Below, in pieces: positions 18,812 through 26,457 of a DNA stretch of 64,000 bases; within the stretch, counting starts at the first letter, position 1, and every line of letters begins with the position of its first letter. Source of the DNA: an uncultured virus (IMG/VR IMGVR_UViG_3300023116_006877) (taxonomy: Duplodnaviria; Heunggongvirae; Uroviricota; Caudoviricetes); the IMG/VR virus record IMGVR_UViG_3300023116_006877; one strand, 5' to 3'. Position numbers and translations under genes: made by a program. The notes beneath the pieces are model-generated. The model worked only from the letters and a program-made list of their open reading frames with translations. It was not told the origin of the DNA and searched no databases.

Positions 18812-20521
18812 TTAAACCTGTGTTCCTCCACCCGGAGTTTGTCCTGGTGGTGTTGGTGCTCCCGGTGTGGTTGTTTGTTGTCCTGGTTGTTCAGTGCCTG
18901 GTTCTGCTGTTGGTTCTTCTAGATTATCTAGATCCGCACTAACGTCGGCTTGTGAAACTCCTGCTGTTCTCATCTGTGTTGTCTTGGATTGTTTTTTCTG
19001 TGCCACATTATTTTCTTCTGCCCACAATGTTGCATTTTGCGCCATTTCTTCTTCGGTTAATCCTAGATATCTTTTGAGAGCAAATCTTTTTGACATATAA
19101 GGTAATTCTGCTACCTGAGTAAATGTTCCTACCCTGCTTTGATCCATCTCGGTTTGTCTGTATTGAGCAAAGTTTTGTGGTGGATTGAATTTGATTTCAA
19201 ATGTGCTACCGTCTAATGTATAACCTTTGTTGTTGATCCAAATTTTAAACTCTTCATCCAACACCGGTGAGATTAAATTTTGTAATCTTTCACAGTATTT
19301 GTTGAATCTCAATTCTTGAATGTATGCTGTGCCCACTCTGCCGTCATTGTACTGTTGTGCACCGTCATCCGCTCCGGTTGGCAAATATGAACTTGGTATT
19401 CTTAATCCTCTATACAATTTATTTGTAAAGAATCTCAAATCGTCAATCTCGCCCAGGTTAGTACCGCCCGGTAATGTGTCTACTTTAGATCCTCGACCTT
19501 CCGCTGTTTGAGGGAAGAAGTAATCTTCGTTGATACTCATTGGGTTGTAAGTGGCATCTATAAAGTTAGCACCACCCGATGTTGATGGAATTCTTCTTTG
19601 GTTGATTTCGTTTTTGACTCTCTCAACGAACTGCATGGCCAAGTGTGTTGGCATATTGCCCACGTCGATGTAGAACACTCTTCGTTCTGGTGCTCTCTGT
19701 ACCCTGTAGATGATGATTGCGTCTTCCAATAACTCTTTCTGTTTGTAAACTTTGAATACCTGTTCTAGAACCGATTGTCCGAATGGGAATAGATTATCCA
19801 TTCCATCACTCAATGTCAAGTGTACCACGTGTTCGGCATTGATGGCATATTGATTCATTGTTCTGTAGAATCTTCCTCCCGAAGCACCGCCTGTGCCTGA
19901 TGCCATGTTACCCGCGGCTTGTCCGGCAGTAGTAAAATTCTGATTGAATGCTCCTTGGTTGGTACCACCGTACAATTGATTTGGTGTGATCTGCGTGGCA
20001 GATAATTTTTGTAAATTTGGATTTATGTCTCTGATGATATATTGTTCTGGCAGTTTGCCTTCCGACTCGTTGACAATGATCCTGTCTACTTTTGCTGGAT
20101 CGATATATAACAATTTGTTGGTTTCTGGATCTCTGATAAAGAAACAATCTCCGTATTTTAAAACGTTCCTAAATAATTTGAAAATTCTTTTTCTGAATTG
20201 ATTTGTTTTGACCCATTGTTGTAGTGCTTTTTTTAAAAGTTTAATTTCAGACTGTGTTATTTCATCTTTGAAAACTAAATCAAACGGTGTTTCGTTTTCG
20301 GTGTTGTCCTGTGTACAAAATTCTGCCAATATATCTAGTGCCGCATTGATCTCAGAGTCGGTATCCATCTGATCGTATTGAAAGTATCTTTGAATTCTGT
20401 TAGGATGTCCAGTGTAAACATCGGGCAGATAAGATGAATAATTTCTTTTTGCGAATTGTGGACTTCTGTCACCTGCTATTGGTGAAAGGTTTGCGTCTTT
20501 AAAATATTTTTTCCAAGCCAT
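18812..20521 (-). CDS. gp20: Portal vertex protein (gp20-like)
   Basis: LLEDAIIIYRVQRAPERRVFYIDVGNMP, EDYFFP..EGRGSKVDTLPGGTNLGEIDD, LYRGLRIPSS motifs. Confidence 0.96.
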   Translation of the reverse strand: MAWKKYFKDANLSPIAGDRSPQFAKRNYSSYLPDVYTGHPNRIQRYFQYDQMDTDSEINAALDILAEFCTQDNTENETPFDLVFKDEITQSEIKLLKKALQQWVKTNQFRKRIFKLFRNVLKYGDCFFIRDPETNKLLYIDPAKVDRIIVNESEGKLPEQYIIRDINPNLQKLSATQITPNQLYGGTNQGAFNQNFTTAGQAAGNMASGTGGASGGRFYRTMNQYAINAEHVVHLTLSDGMDNLFPFGQSVLEQVFKVYKQKELLEDAIIIYRVQRAPERRVFYIDVGNMPTHLAMQFVERVKNEINQRRIPSTSGGANFIDATYNPMSINEDYFFPQTAEGRGSKVDTLPGGTNLGEIDDLRFFTNKLYRGLRIPSSYLPTGADDGAQQYNDGRVGTAYIQELRFNKYCERLQNLISPVLDEEFKIWINNKGYTLDGSTFEIKFNPPQNFAQYRQTEMDQSRVGTFTQVAELPYMSKRFALKRYLGLTEEEMAQNATLWAEENNVAQKKQSKTTQMRTAGVSQADVSADLDNLEEPTAEPGTEQPGQQTTTPGAPTPPGQTPGGGTQV

Positions 20522-20528
20522 ATCAATA

Positions 20529-22745
20529 TTATACTAGAGAACTGCCCAATTGATCAAGTTTTTTATTCGACTTCTCTGTATTTTTTTCTGTGTTTGCATT
20601 AATGCTTACTAGTCTACTTATTTGTTTTTCCACGTTTTTTTGTACTTCTAGAGTTGCCTGTGCAGTGGTATTAAACTTCATCAATTCGGCTCTCATTATA
20701 TTATTACCATCGGTCTCTGTGGCATATTGTTTTGCTTCCTGTGGATTTAACACAGTTTCTCCCTTGTGTACAGTTAATTTTGTTGTTTTTGGTTCGAATC
20801 TATAACCAGTTTCTCCCAATGTTCCAGTTAATCTTCCTTCACCGGTTTTGTTACCAGAAGCCGCGACAGCACCCAATCCAGCACCTGCCAATCCTCCCAA
20901 CAATCCACCAATTGCCGCACCCGCCGGACCAAACAGCATACCAATTTGTGCTCCAGTTACAGCACCACCCAGTGCCGCTGTTCCTATGCCCAATGCCTTG
21001 CCTCCAGGAGTTTCGGCTGATCCTGCCAATCCAGCACCACCTATTGCCGTGGCCGCTCCCAACCCGGCAACGCCTGCACGTCCGGCCACTCTGCCTACAG
21101 TGCCCATGCCAATTCCCATAGGACCTGCCAACCTAATACCAGCGGCAACTCCCAATGAAGTTGTTACAATTTGAGCGGCTTTGTCCATGAGCCATGAGCC
21201 AAATTGATGTGACACATATAAAAGTGCTTTGGTTCCGTTACTCAACTCACTTATGCCTGTGGCGAGCGATTTCATTCCCATATTCAATCCTGTTCCGGCC
21301 GGTCCTAATACATCGCCAATTGTGGCAAAGAAACCGGTTTCGATTGATTGGAATGATGATGATAATCTTTTCGAAGCATCTTGAAATTGTGATAATGATT
21401 TTGTTGTGGCATCGGCTTGAGCTCTCTGTTCATCGGTCACTGCTGATAAATCAAAAACCTTTGTTGCCAATGCGTTAATGCCTGGAAATAAATTATCAAT
21501 GAATGAAACTTGTCCTGTTTCAGCAACACCTCTAAACATTTCTTGAGATTGTTTCGCTGACGATTGCATCAATGTCATTGCAGTTCCCATATCAATGCTA
21601 CCGGAAATCAATTGTTTTACTATGCTGTCAATACCCGGCATAGACATTGCTAAATCTCTTGCCGCATCTGTTACAGGTACACCGGCGTTCGCGATCAAAT
21701 CTTCTAATCCTGTTTTAAATGAAGGACTAATTTCTGAAATTCCGGCGGCGAATACTTGTAATCTTTGTCGAGTGTCTTCTGTTTGTCTTCCCAGGAAGGC
21801 GTTAAACCTTGCATTTGACAACTGTGCTTCTAGTTGTCTCGCCATGGCCGAACGTTGTTGTCCAGTTAACTTGGCCAGTTTGTCCATTTCCAAAGTTAAA
21901 TTTGTTGCCGCTCTAACATTTTCTTCTGTGGCATTTTGATCAAAAATTCCTAATCTTCGTTGTAGAGTTATTGAGGTTAATAAATTTTCATTTAACTCGT
22001 CCACAGTGAGACCCAACGGCATCAATTGTTCCACTGACGTCTGTCTGAATGCTTCACTTAATCTAGCAAATCCTCTGGCTCCCAGAGTTGTGCTTCCGTA
22101 GAGTGATGCTAAATTTTCTGAATTTGATTTGATCAAATTAACAAAGTCGCTGATCGGTAATCCAGCCGATGCGGCAGTTTCTCTTAACTCGATTAAACTT
22201 TTGTTAAAAGTTGCTCCAGTATTTGCAAGAGTTCTGTAATTGTCAATGTTTGATTCGAGTCGAGCACCGATGTCTGCGATAAATCCGCCAATCGGTCCTA
22301 ATCCTTTAAAACTTTCTGTAAAGTCTGAAATTTTACCGGATCCGGTTGAAGCGGCATCACCGAGTTTTCCTAAAACACCTCTGGTAGTTTTTGCTCGATC
22401 GGCAAATCGTTGTGCTTGTACTGTACTTGCACCTGTGGCTTTTGCCAATTGAAAGAATCTCTCGTCAAGGTCTTGTGATGCCTTGATGGTTTTTTCTTGT
22501 GCATCTGTTAATTCATTTAAGATCTTTATTGAATCTGATTCTGCTTTTGCAGAAAGTTTTGCCGATTTAATTAGATTGGTATACTCTTGGTTTAATCTTC
22601 TTAATTCTGTGCTCGAGGACGCTTTGGCCAGTGCTTTAGCCAATGCTGTAACAGATGAAGCAGTGACACCGGTATTTTTACCAGATTTGTCTTGTTTTAC
22701 CTTGTTAATAAGGTCTTGTATCTCGTTTAAAATGTCATCAGCCAT
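20529..22745 (-). CDS. Tape measure protein-like
   Basis: Long Ala-rich helical protein with a Gly/Ala hydrophobic C-terminal segment and VHKGETVLN motif; adjacent to the tail chaperone. Confidence 0.7.
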   Translation of the reverse strand: MADDILNEIQDLINKVKQDKSGKNTGVTASSVTALAKALAKASSSTELRRLNQEYTNLIKSAKLSAKAESDSIKILNELTDAQEKTIKASQDLDERFFQLAKATGASTVQAQRFADRAKTTRGVLGKLGDAASTGSGKISDFTESFKGLGPIGGFIADIGARLESNIDNYRTLANTGATFNKSLIELRETAASAGLPISDFVNLIKSNSENLASLYGSTTLGARGFARLSEAFRQTSVEQLMPLGLTVDELNENLLTSITLQRRLGIFDQNATEENVRAATNLTLEMDKLAKLTGQQRSAMARQLEAQLSNARFNAFLGRQTEDTRQRLQVFAAGISEISPSFKTGLEDLIANAGVPVTDAARDLAMSMPGIDSIVKQLISGSIDMGTAMTLMQSSAKQSQEMFRGVAETGQVSFIDNLFPGINALATKVFDLSAVTDEQRAQADATTKSLSQFQDASKRLSSSFQSIETGFFATIGDVLGPAGTGLNMGMKSLATGISELSNGTKALLYVSHQFGSWLMDKAAQIVTTSLGVAAGIRLAGPMGIGMGTVGRVAGRAGVAGLGAATAIGGAGLAGSAETPGGKALGIGTAALGGAVTGAQIGMLFGPAGAAIGGLLGGLAGAGLGAVAASGNKTGEGRLTGTLGETGYRFEPKTTKLTVHKGETVLNPQEAKQYATETDGNNIMRAELMKFNTTAQATLEVQKNVEKQISRLVSINANTEKNTEKSNKKLDQLGSSLV

Positions 22746-22774
22746 GCTTTAAAAACCGCCATAATGTGCCCAGA

Positions 22775-22813
22775 TAAATATAGACACACTTGTTGTTATA
22801 GTGTATATTTATA
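22775..22813. promoter_or_regulatory. Crossing divergent late promoters
   Basis: TAAATA 22775-22780 (plus) and TATAAATA 22806-22813 (minus). Confidence 0.6.
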
Positions 22814-22822
22814 GAATAAAAA

Positions 22823-23680
22823 ATGACAGAAAAATCGAACCCATTACAAAAGTACTACAGGCAACCGGCTATCAGTATCAAGTTGCCCAGTGGTGAAAAA
22901 TACTACAAAAGCGATGTGGTTGCTAAAACCACAACAGGAGAACACCCTGTATTGCCAATGACAGCCATGGACGAATTGGCATTTAGAACACCTGATGCCA
23001 TGATGAACGGACAAGCAACGGTTGATGTTATCAAAAGTTGTATACCAACAATACTTGATCCATGGAGACTTGTGAATTACGACATTGACACAGTGTTGGT
23101 CGGAATCAGGATTGCAAGTTTTGGGGAAACAATGGAAGTCACGAGTGTTGCTCCGGTAACAAATGACTCCATCAAGCACGAGATCAGATTACCGGATGTG
23201 TTGGACAGGATTCAGCAACAAAAGATCGACGACACTTTCACAACATCGGATGGACTTGTGATCGAAATCAAACCTTTGACATACAAGGAAATGACCGATG
23301 CACAATTAAAAACATTCGAACAACAAAGATTATACACGCAGATCAATGCCAGTGAATTGCCTGCAGAAGAAAAAACAAAAAGGTTCACAGAAAGTTTTAA
23401 AAAATTAAATGAACTAAATTCAACACTATTAATCAATAACATAAACTCTATAAAGTTACCAGATGGCCAATCGGTGTCAGATCCCATACAAATAAAAAGT
23501 TTTGTAGAAAATGCAGGTGCGAAAAAAATCAAGGAAATTGAAAATGCACTGATTGAGATGAGATCACAAGGTGCGGTGAAACCGTTCACAGTGAAATCCG
23601 ATGAAGAGCAAATCAAAAAAGGTGCACCTATATCTTACGAAGTACCATTGACATTTGATAACTCAAATTTTTTCGTATAA
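22823..23680 (+). CDS. Baseplate hub/tail assembly chaperone (gp26-like)
   Basis: IKLPSG, PMTAMDE, IKSCIP, DIDTVLVGIRIASFGE, C-terminal FDNSNFFV. Confidence 0.7.
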   Translation: MTEKSNPLQKYYRQPAISIKLPSGEKYYKSDVVAKTTTGEHPVLPMTAMDELAFRTPDAMMNGQATVDVIKSCIPTILDPWRLVNYDIDTVLVGIRIASFGETMEVTSVAPVTNDSIKHEIRLPDVLDRIQQQKIDDTFTTSDGLVIEIKPLTYKEMTDAQLKTFEQQRLYTQINASELPAEEKTKRFTESFKKLNELNSTLLINNINSIKLPDGQSVSDPIQIKSFVENAGAKKIKEIENALIEMRSQGAVKPFTVKSDEEQIKKGAPISYEVPLTFDNSNFFV

Positions 23681-23904
23681 AGTTACTGTCACTCGAGGAA
23701 TCTGATATTATAAAATATCTCAAAGATTTGGAAAATGAAGGTAAAACTGTAAAACAGGAATTGTTCAAGATCTGTTGGTTCATGCGAGGAGGAGTAACTT
23801 ACCAAGAAGCACTGCACATGAGCAACGAAGAGCGAGGAATAATCAGTGATATCATCAAAGATAATTTGGAAACTACCAAAAAAACCGGACAACCGTTCTT
23901 TTAA
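23674..23904 (+). CDS. -1 frame extension of the chaperone (gp51-like / GT-type product)
   Basis: Open -1 frame from slippery T TTT TTC (23668-23674): RIKLLSLEESDIIKYLKDLENEGKTVKQELFKICWFMRGGVTYQEALHMSNEERGIISDIIKDNLETTKKTGQPFF. Confidence 0.7.
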   Translation, partial: RIKLLSLEESDIIKYLKDLENEGKTVKQELFKICWFMRGGVTYQEALHMSNEERGIISDIIKDNLETTKKTGQPFF

Positions 23905-23934
23905 AATTGAAAAAAATATAGTATAATATAATGG

Positions 23935-24309
23935 ATGCAAGGGAACAGTATAATTAAACATATGTCGGAACGCGAACTAGTTCGAGAACTTAAAGAGACA
24001 ATAAAAGATCTAAGTAAAGACCGCGATATCGCAGAGTCTTCTCTCAAACAAAAAGAATCACGAATCAAGCAGGTGTTGATTAAACTGGAACACGCAACCA
24101 GCGACGTGCAAAGTCTAGGACACAAAATTGGTGAACAGAACAAGGAGATATCCAATCTCCAAATCAAACTGGAAACCAAAGAACGTTTACTAAACGAAGC
24201 ACTGGAAAAAATAAGAGAGCTCAAAAATGAATCAACCGAGGACGACACCCAAGATCAACCCGACGTCGAACAAGAACAACAAGATCAGGAACAACAAGAA
24301 CAAGAGTGA
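23935..24309 (+). CDS. Coiled-coil hypothetical protein
   Basis: Heptad pattern with an acidic/Gln tail. Confidence 0.6.
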   Translation: MQGNSIIKHMSERELVRELKETIKDLSKDRDIAESSLKQKESRIKQVLIKLEHATSDVQSLGHKIGEQNKEISNLQIKLETKERLLNEALEKIRELKNESTEDDTQDQPDVEQEQQDQEQQEQE

Positions 24310-24814
24310 TCCACGCAAAGACGTGCTACATTGGATCAAGGAGTTCGTGGAGGTGCCACACCCGGTGTTCGCAGACCTGCCTCCTTGTCCATATGCCAGA
24401 CAGGCCCGCCTCAGAGGCAAGGTCGAGTTTGTTGAATTGCTGTCAGACCAATCCGATTCACACATACACGATCTGATCGACAAGTTTGACACAGATAAAA
24501 AAGATGTGCTGATAATCATAGCCGACCCCGAACGTTGGACCGGAAGACAAACCAAACAACTGGGAGTCAAGTTGAACAGCATTTATAAAAAACGAGATTT
24601 GGTCATAATGGAAGATCATCCCGACATTGTTGAAAAAGTAAAAAATATCAAACTCAACAACGGAAAATATATCTTACTGTTGGTTCAGAGCAGGACCAAG
24701 TTAAAAAAGTTTGAGGACAAGTTGCGTCAGACCGAGTACTACAAAAATTGGTCTAAGAGTCATCTCGAATCAGTGACGGGAGCATGGCGACATCCTTTAA
24801 AGCCTCGATCCTAG
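24227..24814 (+). CDS. DUF1415-like protein (start uncertain)
   Basis: WIKEFVE...PPCPYARQA, MEDHP, LLLVQ motifs. Confidence 0.55.
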   Translation: MNQPRTTPKINPTSNKNNKIRNNKNKSDPRKDVLHWIKEFVEVPHPVFADLPPCPYARQARLRGKVEFVELLSDQSDSHIHDLIDKFDTDKKDVLIIIADPERWTGRQTKQLGVKLNSIYKKRDLVIMEDHPDIVEKVKNIKLNNGKYILLLVQSRTKLKKFEDKLRQTEYYKNWSKSHLESVTGAWRHPLKPRS

Positions 24815-25526
24815 AATCTCTCTTGCATAGACTCCTGTATAGTTTTTTGTCCTTGCTCCATTCGGTGCCCGTCCACCATTCAAATCCACGATAGTTCGAT
24901 TTATACACGGAACTGACTTCGTACCCGGATCCCATGTAAAAATAAGAAACATTGTGTTCACTGGCCCAGAGTATTTCCATGTCCAGGGTGATCAATGATA
25001 TGGGCACAGTGTTGGCGTGTATCACGGATTCCAACCCAGCGAGATCCAACAGATCGTCACCCAATTGGGCAACGTAGTTGTCCTCTTGATATCGATATCT
25101 TTTCTGTTTGGTGAATCCCACGATGTTGTCCGCTGTACCGATGTAGAACAACATGAATTGATCCCGTTTGTTATAGTGTAGGAAAGGATCGTAATCCTGC
25201 GTAAATTTTTTTCTGGTCATGTATTGTTTATAGATGTGTGGCAGACCCAACAGTTTCACCATCTCGCTGGCATCGATTATTTTGATCTCTATGGGTTGTC
25301 CTTGCCATTCGTGCTTTTTGTACCTAGGTTTGTATTCATCCAGGTTTATGCGTGTGCTACGTGATTGATAAAAAACTTCCTGTTTTTTGATCGGGTGATC
25401 CAATGCCAGCCAACCCTCGCACAGTGCTTCAACTTCTTCAGTGTCATCCACAATTGCCATGGGACGACACAGCACTAGGTCGGTGTGTTCTTGTTTTCCC
25501 AGGGTGTGATCGAACAATAGTTGCAT
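24753..25526 (-). CDS. ATE1/Bpt-like aminoacyl-tRNA-protein transferase (likely start ATG 25526)
   Basis: EALCEGW...FYQSRSTRINL and MEILWASEHNVSYFYMGSGYE..SVYKSNYRGFEWW resemble ATE N- and C-terminal motifs. Confidence 0.6.
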   Translation of the reverse strand: MQLLFDHTLGKQEHTDLVLCRPMAIVDDTEEVEALCEGWLALDHPIKKQEVFYQSRSTRINLDEYKPRYKKHEWQGQPIEIKIIDASEMVKLLGLPHIYKQYMTRKKFTQDYDPFLHYNKRDQFMLFYIGTADNIVGFTKQKRYRYQEDNYVAQLGDDLLDLAGLESVIHANTVPISLITLDMEILWASEHNVSYFYMGSGYEVSSVYKSNYRGFEWWTGTEWSKDKKLYRSLCKRDSRIEALKDVAMLPSLIRDDS

Positions 25527-25547
25527 ATTGTTACTTAACTTCATTAC

Positions 25548-25990
25548 AAAGATGGCTTACAGCCATCTGAAACTTCGCTTACGCTCGTTTCTTTTTTTTA
25601 ATTTACGCTTTACGCAGTAGTTACATTTGCGGAATGACGCATTTATGCGTCGCCTGTGGTAGATGAGCAGTCACAATTCGGCTATTTCTAGCCGAACCGA
25701 CTTGAACCCTGTGGTGAGTTCGCAGTCACTATACATCGCTACCGTAGTTGGGCGGTTGTGCTGTACCCATTTGCTCATTCATTACAACGCGAGCCTACCA
25801 AACCCTTGCATAATAGTTTTTGGTAAACCTGGGGTTTAACTTTTTCTAAGAGCCCCATCATTTTTTGCCGTTTGCATCAAAGGATTCACCTGTCGCTTGT
25901 TAGCCGCATTTCCTTGCTCACTGGTTGCGATGCTATGTTTGCCTAAATATTTTTTTGATTTTGCCTGTCGGATAGATACTGTTGCCTATC
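25548..25990 (-). ncRNA. Putative large structured non-coding RNA
   Basis: No credible ORF, higher GC than other intergenic regions, many hairpins with GAAA/GUAA loops on the minus strand, duplicated 22-nt module. Confidence 0.6.
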
Positions 25991-26047
25991 ACTACTATAT
26001 AACAATCAAATAAAATTCGGTGAACAGTATTGAGTTTAAATACCATC

Positions 26048-26455
26048 ATGCAGTGGATGTTTGAAGGAAAACCGGTCGATGAATTACCAAACGATTGTGT
26101 TGGATTTGTGTACGAGATAACAAATACAACCAATGGTAAGAAATATATTGGCAAAAAATTAGCAAAATTTAAAAGATCTAGACCTCCGTTAAAAGGCAGA
26201 AAAAATAAAAGAAGATTCAAGGTAGATTCCGATTGGAGAGATTATTACGGTTCCAGTGATGCATTGCTGGAAGACATACAAAAAATAGGAAACGATAAAT
26301 TCACCAGGGAGATATTATTTTATTGCAAGAACAAAGGTGAACTATCTTACGTGGAAGCCAGAGAACAGTTTGCTCGAAAGGTGTTGGAGTCTGATGATTA
26401 TTATAACGGACACATCAGAGTGAGAGTACACGGAAGCATGATAAGAAAAAAATAG
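26048..26455 (+). CDS. GIY-YIG family nuclease (likely start ATG 26048)
   Basis: GFVYEITN...KKYIGKK, DWRDYYGSS, FTREIL, YVEAREQF, YYN; TAAATA at 26037-26042. Confidence 0.8.
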   Translation: MQWMFEGKPVDELPNDCVGFVYEITNTTNGKKYIGKKLAKFKRSRPPLKGRKNKRRFKVDSDWRDYYGSSDALLEDIQKIGNDKFTREILFYCKNKGELSYVEAREQFARKVLESDDYYNGHIRVRVHGSMIRKK

Positions 26456-26457
26456 AA

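Noticed and set aside
23907..23932. Sigma70 promoter TTGAAA...TATAAT before 23935
   Set aside because: Spacer of 14 nt or less, too short to call
25653..25729. Mini CRISPR array
   Set aside because: Only two repeats, with non-identical centres and a hairpin as the spacer; no cas genes in the window
25548..25990. tRNA, tmRNA, RNase P RNA or group I/II intron
   Set aside because: No TTCGA T-loop with CCA end, no GAGGAAAGUCC, no domain V; only vague P/S-like words and no interrupted gene flanking it
26048..26455. Mobile intron-encoded homing endonuclease
   Set aside because: Free-standing, lacks C-terminal DNA-binding modules, and no split host gene
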